From: Alphaproteobacteria bacterium
GTDB taxonomy: Bacteria > Pseudomonadota > Alphaproteobacteria > UBA828
Direction: 5' to 3'
DNA: 64,000 nt
NCBI GenBank assembly: GCA_965220745.1
Contig: CBDCQT010000011.1
Coordinates: forward strand, 334,985 to 398,984
Below, piece by piece: positions 54,837 to 63,327 of this stretch (positions are counted from its first letter, which is position 1; each line of letters opens with the position of its first letter). Under the pieces are notes generated by a model. It did no database searches and was not told where the DNA came from. It saw nothing but the letters and a program-made list of their open reading frames with translations. The position numbers and the translations under genes were made by a program.

Positions 54837-56300
54837 TCAGCCACGCAGGCGTTTGATGGTGCTAGTGGTGCTGTACCCGGCTTCGTTGGCGACGATCATA
54901 ACGATGCCGCCGTAGCCTTGCACGAAGTCGGCGCCCACCACCTCCGCCACCGTGTAGTCGGAGCCCTTGACGAGGCAATCCGGTCGCAGCGCCTCGATCA
55001 GCCGCTCCGGCGCGTCCTCGGCGAAGACCACGACCAGATCGACGGTTTCCAGCGCGGCCAGCACCTGCGCCCGCGCCGCCTCCCCCTGCACCGGGCGGTC
55101 CGCCCCCTTGAGCCGGCGCACAGAGGCATCGCTGTTGAGGCCGACGATCAACCGGTCCGCCGTCTGCCGCGCCTGGCGCAGCAGCGAGACATGGCCGGGG
55201 TGGAGCAGGTCGAAGCAGCCATTGGTGAAGCCGATGCGCTGCCCCTGCGCCCGCCAGCCGGCGGCTGCGTCCAGCGCCGCCGTCAGCGGCACGATCTTGG
55301 CTTGGGAGGCCGAGAGGTCGCCGGTGCGCACCGCGTGCAACAAATCGGCCGTGCTGACCGCGGCAGTCCCCGCCTTGCCGACCGCAACTCCCGCGGCAAC
55401 GTTGGCAAGCTGGGCAGCGGCAATCAGGTCCATGCCCTGGCCGAGGGCTGCGGCGAGCGTCGCCACCACCGTGTCGCCGGCGCCGGAGACATCGAACACC
55501 TCGCGCGCCTCTGCCTTGAGTTGGGCGATGCAGCCGCCCGCCGAGACCAGCGTCACGCCGTCGCGGCCGCGTGTGACCAGGATCGCGCCCACGTCATGGC
55601 GGGCGATGAGCCGCCGGCAGGCGTCGACGACGGCATCGTCGGTCTCCAGACGCGCGCCGGCAGCGACCCCGAGTTCGGTGCGGTTGGGCGTCAGCACCGT
55701 TGCACCGGCGTAGCGCCCGAAGTCGGGTCCTCTGGGATCGACCACGACCGGCCGGCTGGCGCGACGGGCGGCCTCGATCAGGTGTGGCACCAGATCGGCG
55801 GTGAGCACGCCCTTGGCGTAGTCGGAGAGCACGACCACGTCGCAGCCCGAAATAGCCTCCCGCGCGAAGCCGAGCAGGCGCTCTGCCGAGCCGGGCGCGA
55901 TCGGCTCGGTGGTCTCCCAATCGGCGCGCAAAAGCTGCTGGCCCTCGGCAACGAAGCGGGTCTTTTCGGTGGAAAGCCGTCCCCGCTCCACCAGCAGGCA
56001 AGGCTCGACCCGCTCCTCGCGCCCCACCAAGCCGGTAATCCTGCGCCCCACTGCGTCGTCTCCGATCACCGAGAGCAGAGTGGCCCGCGCGCCGAGCGAG
56101 ACGACATTTCGTACCACGTTGCCGACGCCGCCCGGCATGTCGGCGTCGTGGTCGGTGCGCAGGATCGGCACCGGCGCCTCCGGCGAGGTGCGCTCGACCC
56201 GCCCGTAGACGAAGCGATCCAGCATTAGATCGCCGACACAGGCGACCCGGCTTTGACCAAGCAAATTGATGGAGGCGGTAATGGAAGACGGGTCGACCAT
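54837..56300 (-). CDS. hldE: bifunctional D-beta-D-heptose 7-phosphate kinase / D-beta-D-heptose 1-phosphate adenylyltransferase
   Basis: VGDLMLDRFVYGRVERTSPEAPVPIL kinase N-terminus. C-terminal cytidylyltransferase GFTNGCFDLLHPGH. ATG at 56300. Confidence 0.9.
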   Translation of the reverse strand: MVDPSSITASINLLGQSRVACVGDLMLDRFVYGRVERTSPEAPVPILRTDHDADMPGGVGNVVRNVVSLGARATLLSVIGDDAVGRRITGLVGREERVEPCLLVERGRLSTEKTRFVAEGQQLLRADWETTEPIAPGSAERLLGFAREAISGCDVVVLSDYAKGVLTADLVPHLIEAARRASRPVVVDPRGPDFGRYAGATVLTPNRTELGVAAGARLETDDAVVDACRRLIARHDVGAILVTRGRDGVTLVSAGGCIAQLKAEAREVFDVSGAGDTVVATLAAALGQGMDLIAAAQLANVAAGVAVGKAGTAAVSTADLLHAVRTGDLSASQAKIVPLTAALDAAAGWRAQGQRIGFTNGCFDLLHPGHVSLLRQARQTADRLIVGLNSDASVRRLKGADRPVQGEAARAQVLAALETVDLVVVFAEDAPERLIEALRPDCLVKGSDYTVAEVVGADFVQGYGGIVMIVANEAGYSTTSTIKRLRG

Positions 56301-56487
56301 GACCCCAACATCAAGGCGTTCCAACAAAACTGGTCGCACGGTATACGAATAAAGATATCAATAACAGAATTTCGTGTTGCTGAATCTTCCTGCCACGTCC
56401 TGTCGCTGCAACCTCAGCCACACGCGCTTGCCCGGCCCGCGAGCGCGCGCCAATATCGGCAGCACCGCCACCGACCGGAATCCGCCC

Positions 56488-58401
56488 ATGACCAGCCGCT
56501 ACGACGATATCTATGCACGCTCGCTCGCAGAGCCCGAGGCCTTCTGGGCCGAGGCGGCCGAGGGCATCGACTGGGAGAAGCGGTGGGACCGCGTGCTGGA
56601 CGATTCCCGACCGCCCTTCCTCCGCTGGTTTGTCGGCGCCGAGGTCAACACCTGCCACAATGCCCTGGATCGCCACGTGGCCGCCGGCCGCGGCGCCCAG
56701 ACGGCACTGATCTACGACAGCCCCGTCACCAGCACCGTGCGGAGCTTCACCTATGCCGAGCTGCAGGCTCTCGCCGCGCGCTTCGCCGGCGCGCTCGCGG
56801 CGCGGGGCGTGGGCCGGGGCGACCGCGTGGTGCTCTACATGCCGATGGTCCCGGAGGCGGCCGTCGCCATGCTGGGCTGCGCCCGCATCGGCGCGGTCCA
56901 TTCCGTGGTATTCGGCGGCTTCGCGGCGAACGAACTCGCGACCAGGATCGACGACGCCAAGCCCAAGGTCATCGTCTGCGGCTCATGCGGCATCGAGGTG
57001 GACCGCGTCATCGCTTACAAGCCCCTGCTCGACGCCGCGATCGACCTCGCGAGCCACAAGCCCGAGTGCTGCATCGTCCTGCAACGGCCCGAGCTGGAGG
57101 CGCCGCTCACGGCCGGCCGCGACGAGACCTGGGCCGACGCGATGGCCGGGGCGGAGCCGGCGGACTGCGTGCCCGTCGCCGCCACCGACCCGCTCTATAT
57201 CCTCTACACCTCCGGCACCACCGGCGATCCCAAGGGCATCGTGCGCGACAACGGCGGGCACCTGGTCGCGCTGCACTGGACCATGAGCGGCGTCTACGAC
57301 CGGAAGCCCGGCCAGGTGTGGTGGGCGGCGTCGGATATCGGCTGGGTGGTCGGCCACTCCTATATCGTCTACGCGCCGCTGATCTTTGGTTGCCCGTCGA
57401 TCCTCTACGAGGGCAAGCCGGTCGGCACGCCTGATGCCGGAGCCTATTGGCGGGTGATCTCGCAGCACGGTGTGAGCGCCATGTTCACGGCGCCGACGGC
57501 CTTCCGCGCGATCAAGCGGGACGATCCCGATGCGGCCCGCCTCGCCGACTACGACATCTCCTGCTTCGATACGCTCTACCTCGCCGGCGAGCGGACCGAC
57601 CCCGACACCTTGGCCTGGGCCGAGAACCATCTGGAACGCCCGGTATACGACCACTGGTGGCAGACCGAGTCCGGCTGGCCCATGGGCGCCAACTGCACGG
57701 GCCTCGGCGCGCTGCCGGTGAAGCCGGGCTCGCCCACCAAGCCGGTGCCGGGCTATCGCATCGAGGTGGTGGATGAGGCCGGCGAGCAGGTGCCGGCGGG
57801 CGGGATCGGCTCGATCGTGGTCAAGCTGCCGTTGCCGCCCGGCTTCACGCCGACGCTCTGGAACAACGACAAGCGCTTCGAGGAAGCCTACTTCACGCGC
57901 TTCCCCGGCTATTACCTGACTGGCGACGCCGGCGTTCTCGACGAGGACGGCTATCTCTGGATCATGAGCCGCACCGACGACATCATCAACGTCGCGGGCC
58001 ACAGGCTCTCGACCGGGGCGATGGAGGAGGTGCTGGCGGCACATCAGGACGTGGCGGAATGCGCCGTGGTCGGCGTCGCCGACGCGCTGAAGGGGCAGCT
58101 GCCATTGGGTTTCGTCGTGCTCAAGGCGGGCGTCAACCGGCCGTCGGGCGAGATCGTGGTGGAACTCGTGCGCATGGTGCGCGAGACCATCGGCCCGGTC
58201 GCCGCCTTCAAGCAGGCGGTGGTGGTCGAGCGGCTGCCCAAGACCCGCTCAGGCAAGATTCTGCGGGGCACCATGGCGAAGATCGCCGACGGCGAAGAGT
58301 ACAAGACCCCGGCGACCATCGACGACCCGGCGATCCTGGGCGAGATCGCCGACGCGGTTCGCCCGATCGGCTACGGCGGTGGCGCGCCGGCGAACGGCTA
58401 A
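56488..58401 (+). CDS. prpE: propionate--CoA ligase (acyl-CoA synthetase, Acs/PrpE family)
   Basis: ATG at 56488. YDDIYARSLAEPEAFWAEAA, YTSGTTGDPKG AMP-binding motif, and C-terminal PKTRSGKILR. Confidence 0.75.
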   Translation: MTSRYDDIYARSLAEPEAFWAEAAEGIDWEKRWDRVLDDSRPPFLRWFVGAEVNTCHNALDRHVAAGRGAQTALIYDSPVTSTVRSFTYAELQALAARFAGALAARGVGRGDRVVLYMPMVPEAAVAMLGCARIGAVHSVVFGGFAANELATRIDDAKPKVIVCGSCGIEVDRVIAYKPLLDAAIDLASHKPECCIVLQRPELEAPLTAGRDETWADAMAGAEPADCVPVAATDPLYILYTSGTTGDPKGIVRDNGGHLVALHWTMSGVYDRKPGQVWWAASDIGWVVGHSYIVYAPLIFGCPSILYEGKPVGTPDAGAYWRVISQHGVSAMFTAPTAFRAIKRDDPDAARLADYDISCFDTLYLAGERTDPDTLAWAENHLERPVYDHWWQTESGWPMGANCTGLGALPVKPGSPTKPVPGYRIEVVDEAGEQVPAGGIGSIVVKLPLPPGFTPTLWNNDKRFEEAYFTRFPGYYLTGDAGVLDEDGYLWIMSRTDDIINVAGHRLSTGAMEEVLAAHQDVAECAVVGVADALKGQLPLGFVVLKAGVNRPSGEIVVELVRMVRETIGPVAAFKQAVVVERLPKTRSGKILRGTMAKIADGEEYKTPATIDDPAILGEIADAVRPIGYGGGAPANG

Positions 58402-58402
58402 C

Positions 58403-58960
58403 TCAGTCAGCCGCCGGCAAGAGAAATGTGAGCACGGTTCTGCCGTAGCGGCGCTGGTCCTGCACCGTGAGCGTCGCCGGCGGCTCGAAGGGATCGTCCA
58501 CCCCGTGCTCGACCACGACGGTCGCCTCATCGTCCAGCCAGCGGCGCGCTGCCAGCGCTGCCAGTGCTGGTTCCGCGAGGCCGGAGCAGTAAGGCGGGTC
58601 CAGTAGGGCGAGATCGCAGACCGTGACCGCCGGTGGCAACCGGGTGGCGTCGCAGGCGATAACGGTGGCTCGGTCAGCGCAGCCCAGGGCCTCGATGTTG
58701 GCGCGGAGCACCCCGCGCACGTCGGCTTCGCTCTCTACGGCGGTGAGGGACGCGGCGCCGCGGGAGAGCGCCTCCAGGCCGAGAGCACCAGTGCCTGCGA
58801 ACAGATCGACGACATGGGCACCCTCGAGCGGCCTCGGCATCCCGCCGTGGAGCAGGATGTCGAAGAGGGACTCGCGCACTCTCTCCCCGGTCGGGCGCAC
58901 GCGCACGCCGGCCGGCGCCCGCAGCCGGCGGCCGCGCAGGCTACCGCCGACGATCCGCAC
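58403..58960 (-). CDS. rsmD: 16S rRNA (guanine966-N2)-methyltransferase
   Basis: VRIVGGSLRGRRL start (GTG at 58960), DLFAGTGALGLEALSRGA SAM motif, DPPY. The longer ORF to 59035 would overlap the upstream gene by 95 nt. Confidence 0.8.
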   Translation of the reverse strand: MRIVGGSLRGRRLRAPAGVRVRPTGERVRESLFDILLHGGMPRPLEGAHVVDLFAGTGALGLEALSRGAASLTAVESEADVRGVLRANIEALGCADRATVIACDATRLPPAVTVCDLALLDPPYCSGLAEPALAALAARRWLDDEATVVVEHGVDDPFEPPATLTVQDQRRYGRTVLTFLLPAAD

Positions 58961-59735
58961 GCGCTGGCCCTCGCTTGCCGCCGAGCTGGTCGCGGAGCAC
59001 GCGCGGCGGCACTTCGGCGATCTCTCCACGCGCAAGCCCGCCGAGCTGGAAGGGCCCGTAAGCCGTGCGGATGAGGCGGCTCACGGGCAGGCCGAGATGC
59101 GCGAGCACGATGCGGATCTCCCGATTGCGGCCCTCGGCGAGCGCGACGGTGAGCCAGGCATTTTGGCGGTTTTGGCGATCGAGGCGCGCCTCGATGGGCC
59201 CGTAGCGGACGCTGTCCACCGTTATGCCATGCTCGAGGGCGGCGAGCGCGCTCTCCTCGGGTGTGCCACGCACCCGTACCCGATAGCGCCGCCGCCAGCC
59301 CCGCGACGGATGCTCCAGCTCGCGGGCGAGCGCGCCGTCGTTGGTCAGCAGTAGCAGCCCCTCGGAGTTGAAGTCCAGCCTTCCGACGGAGACGACGTAG
59401 CCGAGCAGCGCGGTCACCTTCTCGAACACGGTCGGGCGGCCCTGCGGGTCGCGATGGCTGGTGATGAGGCCCGGCGGCTTGTGGTAGCGCCAGAGCCGGG
59501 CGGGTGCGGGCACCGGCAGGGGCGCGCCATCCACGGTGATGATGCTGGAGTCATCAACGTTGGTAGCCGGATTGCGCACGACCGTGCCGCCGAGGGCCAC
59601 GCGACCGGCGGCGATCAGCCGCTCCGCGTCGCGGCGCGAGCAAACTCCGGCCCTGGCGATGTGCTTGGCGATGCGCTCGCCACGCCGGGCTGCTTCCGAT
59701 CGCGGCCGCTCAGCCGCCATGCCGCCATCCCGCAT
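58941..59735 (-). CDS. pseudouridine synthase, RsuA/RluB family, with S4 domain
   Basis: ERIAKHIARAGVCSRRDAERLI (S4) and catalytic VGRLDFNSEGLLLLTNDG. Start is ambiguous (59735, 59720 or 59774). Confidence 0.8.
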   Translation of the reverse strand: MRDGGMAAERPRSEAARRGERIAKHIARAGVCSRRDAERLIAAGRVALGGTVVRNPATNVDDSSIITVDGAPLPVPAPARLWRYHKPPGLITSHRDPQGRPTVFEKVTALLGYVVSVGRLDFNSEGLLLLTNDGALARELEHPSRGWRRRYRVRVRGTPEESALAALEHGITVDSVRYGPIEARLDRQNRQNAWLTVALAEGRNREIRIVLAHLGLPVSRLIRTAYGPFQLGGLARGEIAEVPPRVLRDQLGGKRGPARADRRR

Positions 59736-59911
59736 CGTGAGAGAGAGCCGCGCCGCACCTCGCTCGCGCGGCAAGACCCAGCGCCAGAGGGCCGATTATC
59801 GTGACATGAGGCGCGAGCGCGATCCAGCAAGCGGGGCATGCCGAATTTTGCGGTCGTGTGTCGCGGCCGTAACGCCCACCATCATCCACGCAGGAATGGC
59901 TGCTTCAAACT

Positions 59912-60022
59912 TGCGCGTAGCATTTTGAGCAGCACAAATAACAGTATACGCAAAAATATCCTGCGCATAAGATTGAAAATTGCGCGTATGTGAGTTATGT
60001 TGCGCTTAAGTCTATACGCGCA
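59912..60022. promoter_or_regulatory. array of TGCGCRTA-like motifs (putative operator array) at the Fic gene 5-prime end
   Basis: Direct copies at 59912 (TGCGCGTA), 59962 (TGCGCATA), 59981 (TGCGCGTA) and 60001 (TGCGCTTA). Inverted copies at 59945-59952 and 60013-60022. The segment is AT-rich (22/60 G+C for 59941-60000). Confidence 0.5.
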
Positions 60023-61453
60023 ATATTGGGTGACAATGTGGCTAGGCGCATCAGAGAAAAGGACCTGCAGGCGATAGAGAAGGTTGTGCGAAGGCATCCA
60101 GAAGGCATGACCGCGCGGGAGATTAGAAGGATTCTGGAGGCTCCACCGGCTCACCGCACCCTACAATATCGCCTCAAGTCTCTCGTCGACAACAATCGCC
60201 TGACGATGGAGGGCTCGGGCCGCTGGGCACGCTACCGCGTTCCTCGGGTCGTTCCAGTTGAGTTGCAGTTTGGTCCAGCCGACGTCTCGGCAAGCCTTGG
60301 CCTGAGCGTCATCGTCGAACCAAAACTCTCTGAGGCTGCCAGTGAAATCCGGGATTATGTGCGACAGCCGGTCGCTGCGCGCGAGCCGGTCGGATATGAC
60401 ACTGAGTTCCTCGGTGCGTACCGGCCTAACTACACCTTCTATCTTTCGCAGGTCGAGCGCGTACGACTCTGGGAGGTCGGCAAACCCGAGGTGGCTGAAG
60501 AGCCCGCCGGCACCCATGCCAAGCGGATACTGAGCAGGCTCTTGATAGATCTCTCTTGGAATTCGAGCCGCCTGGAGGGCAACACGTATTCCCTGCTCGA
60601 CACCGCGCGCCTGATCGAAGCGGGGGAGGAAGCGGAAGGAAGGGACCGGCGCGACGCGCAGATGATCATCAACCATAAGGAGGCTATCGCATTTCTCGTC
60701 GACACGGCGGGGGACATCGGGTTCAACCGCTACACCATCCTCAATCTTCACGCGGTGCTGGCGGATAACCTGCTTCCAGACCCAGATGCAGCGGGCCGTC
60801 TCCGGCGCAGCGTCGTCGGTATCGCTTTCTCGGTCTATCACCCGCTGGAGGTGCCGCAGCTCATCGAGGAGTGCTTCGACCAAATTCTTGCCAAGGCTTC
60901 CTTGATCGACGACCCCTTTGAGCAGGCTTTGTTTGCGATGGTGCAGTTCCCCTATCTGCAGCCGTTCGAGGACGTCAACAAGCGGGTGTCCCGGCTCGCC
61001 GCCAACATCCCGCTAATCAGGGCGAACTTAGCGCCGCTTTCCTTCGAGGACGTGCCGCGCGAGCTCTACACGGAAGCGGTGCTTGGCGTCTACGAGCTGA
61101 ACCGGGTCGAGCTCCTTCGGGACGCATTCGTCTGGGCATACGAGCGGTCCGCACGTCGTTATGGCGCGATTCGGCAGTCGCTCGGCGAACCGGATCCTTT
61201 TCGGATGCGGCATCGGACGGAAATGCGCACGCTAGTCTGCGACGTCGTTCGCGGAGGTATGGATAAAGGGGGGGCGAGCGACCATATCGCCGCGTGGGTG
61301 GAACAGCACGTCGATGAGCGGGAGCAGGAGCGATTTCGCGAAGTCGCTGAGCGAGAGCTGTTGAGCCTTCACAGCGGCAACTTCGCTCGCTATCGCGTCA
61401 CGCCCGGCGAGTTCGCCGCCTGGCATGAGGCTTGGCAACAGCGAAAAGCGTAG
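59990..61453 (+). CDS. Fic/DOC family protein with N-terminal winged-helix domain and a degenerate active-site motif
   Basis: Fic core FAMVQFPYLQPFEDVNKRVSRLAAN (canonical HPFxDGNGRxxR). EGN inhibitory-helix-type motif SSRLEGNTYSL. N-terminal wHTH MTAREIRRILE...LQYRLKSLVDNNRL. The start is uncertain (GTG at 59990 or GTG at 60038). Confidence 0.8.
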   Translation: MSYVALKSIRAILGDNVARRIREKDLQAIEKVVRRHPEGMTAREIRRILEAPPAHRTLQYRLKSLVDNNRLTMEGSGRWARYRVPRVVPVELQFGPADVSASLGLSVIVEPKLSEAASEIRDYVRQPVAAREPVGYDTEFLGAYRPNYTFYLSQVERVRLWEVGKPEVAEEPAGTHAKRILSRLLIDLSWNSSRLEGNTYSLLDTARLIEAGEEAEGRDRRDAQMIINHKEAIAFLVDTAGDIGFNRYTILNLHAVLADNLLPDPDAAGRLRRSVVGIAFSVYHPLEVPQLIEECFDQILAKASLIDDPFEQALFAMVQFPYLQPFEDVNKRVSRLAANIPLIRANLAPLSFEDVPRELYTEAVLGVYELNRVELLRDAFVWAYERSARRYGAIRQSLGEPDPFRMRHRTEMRTLVCDVVRGGMDKGGASDHIAAWVEQHVDEREQERFREVAERELLSLHSGNFARYRVTPGEFAAWHEAWQQRKA

Positions 61454-61676
61454 TCTCATCAAGCTCCCCGTGGTGCCGCGTAGGCCCCCACGCACGACGC
61501 CAGCCCACAAATCGACCGGCGCAAATTGATTGCGCAGGCCGGGGTCTCGCTCTACTGTCACCATCCGGCCCCGAACCAGACGGCATCGCCTGCCTTTGCG
61601 GCCTTGATGGCGAGTGGAGCCCGCGTGCCGTCGCCAGGGAACGGGCCGGACCCGCGAACGATGCGCGGAGGGGAAT

Positions 61677-62345
61677 ATGTTCCGACGCAAGGGCGGAGAT
61701 CAGGAAGAGGACAGTCGGGCTCAAGAGGGCGCCGAGGAGCGCCTCGCTCCCAGCGTCGTCGTGGAATCGTCGCGGCGCAATGTGCCGAACAAGACCGTCG
61801 TCTTTCACCCGGACGTGCCGCGCGGCGCACCCGATCCCGTGCCGGCTGATGCGCCGGGACGTGTGGAGAGTGATCCCAAGCGGCTCACCGTCGGGCGGGA
61901 GACGACCATCAGCGGCGGTACGGTGCTCGATTGCGAGCGCCTGACGGTCGAGGGCACGGTCGAAGCCTCGATGCCGGATGGGCGCCTGCTTGAGATCGTG
62001 AAGGGCGGCACCTTCAAGGGCACCGTGACGGTGGACAATGCCGATATCGCCGGGGCGTTCGAGGGTGAGCTCAAGGTGAAGAAGCGGCTCTTCATCAGGG
62101 CGTCGGGCCGCGTTTCGGGCACGATTCGCTATGGCCAGTTCGAGGTCGAGCGCGGCGGCCGCCTCGACGGCCGCCTCGAATACGACCCGGCGGACCGGGA
62201 GGCGGACCTGCAGCCGGTGGCGATGCCGCCGGCCGCCGACGCCCAAGAGCCGTCGGAGGAGGCTACCGAACCCGACCAGTTGGAGTTGAGTTCGAGCCCG
62301 GTCGAGCTTCCTTCCGTGGCCGCGTCCAAGCTGCGCGCTGACTAA
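61677..62345 (+). CDS. bactofilin-family polymer-forming protein
   Basis: ATG at 61677 after GGAGGGG. Beta-helical repeat pattern TISGGTVLDCERLTVEGTVEASM...FKGTVTVDNADIAGAFEGELKV...ASGRVSGTIRYGQFEVERGGRLDG. Disordered acidic tails. Confidence 0.75.
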   Translation: MFRRKGGDQEEDSRAQEGAEERLAPSVVVESSRRNVPNKTVVFHPDVPRGAPDPVPADAPGRVESDPKRLTVGRETTISGGTVLDCERLTVEGTVEASMPDGRLLEIVKGGTFKGTVTVDNADIAGAFEGELKVKKRLFIRASGRVSGTIRYGQFEVERGGRLDGRLEYDPADREADLQPVAMPPAADAQEPSEEATEPDQLELSSSPVELPSVAASKLRAD

Positions 62346-62487
62346 AGCGCTTCCATTTCACACGGAAACGCTTTAGCAATTTGTCGCTCACGGCAGCCGG
62401 CCTTCGGCCGGTGCCTCCGCGAGGGCGCCGCATTAGCGGCGGGCCGCAGTCGCGGCCTGTCGCGCGTCCGTCCAAGACGGACGCGCT
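62346..62487 (-). repeat. stacked-hairpin intergenic repeat, copy C (inverted orientation)
   Basis: The reverse complement aligns end to end with copy A, including the terminal GCGTTTCCGTG-loop-GGAAGCGC module. Fills the convergent gap exactly. Confidence 0.85.
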
Positions 62488-63120
62488 CTAAGCCGTCTTT
62501 CCCTTATAGCGGCAGAGGTCCCGAACGACGCAGGCCGGGCAATCCGGCGTCCTTGCCTTGCAGACATAGCGGCCGTGCAGGATCAGCCAATGATGCGCGT
62601 GCTGCTTGAAGCGGTCGGGCACGACTTTGTTCAGGCCGTCCTCCACCGCGCGCGGCGTCTTTCCCGGCGCGAGGCCGCTACGGTTCGCGAGCCGGAATAT
62701 GTGGGTATCGACCGCGATGGTGGGCTCGCCGAAGACCGTGTTGAGCACCACGTTCGCCGTCTTGCGGCCGACACCGGGGAGCGCCTCGAGCGCCGCCCGG
62801 TCGCTTGGCACGGCGCCCCCGTGTTCCTCGACCAGCGCCTGGCTTAGCGCGATCACGTTCTTGGCCTTCATGTTGTAGAGGCCGATGGTCTTGATGTGCT
62901 CCTTGAGCCGCGCTTCGCCGAGGGCGACCATCTCCGCCGGCGTTTCGACCTCCTCGAAGAGCGACTTGGTGGCCTTGTTGACGCCCTTGTCGGTCGCCTG
63001 CGCAGACAGCACCACGGCGACCAGCAGCGTGTAGGGGTTTCGGTAGTCAAGCTCGGTGGTCGGCGCCTCGATGCACGCGGCGAGGCGTTCGAAGAATTCG
63101 GTGACCGCTGCCTTTTTCAT
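62488..63120 (-). CDS. nth: endonuclease III
   Basis: LLVAVVLSAQATD, HhH-GPD LPGVGRKTANVVL, and the [4Fe-4S] loop CKARTPDCPACVVRDLC. ATG at 63120. Confidence 0.9.
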   Translation of the reverse strand: MKKAAVTEFFERLAACIEAPTTELDYRNPYTLLVAVVLSAQATDKGVNKATKSLFEEVETPAEMVALGEARLKEHIKTIGLYNMKAKNVIALSQALVEEHGGAVPSDRAALEALPGVGRKTANVVLNTVFGEPTIAVDTHIFRLANRSGLAPGKTPRAVEDGLNKVVPDRFKQHAHHWLILHGRYVCKARTPDCPACVVRDLCRYKGKTA

Positions 63121-63267
63121 GACGCACGGAGAGTAACCCGCCGCGCAGCCGGGGCAAGGGGGAGGGCCGATCGCGGAAATTCGCCGAACGCCCGGCATAC
63201 CTCCTTCCAGCGACAGGCATAATCCCGTACTCTAGAGCGCGACAGGGGCCCCCTTGACAAGCGGTGC

Positions 63268-63282
63268 GAACCAAACTAGAAC
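63268..63282 (+). promoter_or_regulatory. alphaproteobacterial-type SOS box (GAAC-N7-GAAC) in the lexA promoter
   Basis: GAACcaaactaGAAC, 46 nt upstream of the lexA ATG. TTGACA at 63254-63259 lies 17 nt before TAGAAC (63277-63282), so the box overlaps a putative -10. Confidence 0.75.
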
Positions 63283-63327
63283 ATATGCAGACGGTTTCCC
63301 TTTTGTTCGATTTCGCGGAGTTTGCCG

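Noticed and set aside
59882-60154. 90-aa minus-strand ORF in the AT-rich Fic promoter region
   Set aside because: It overlaps the Fic 5-prime region and the motif array. The translation is low-complexity and hydrophobic or basic without features. It is more parsimonious to treat this as non-coding regulatory DNA.
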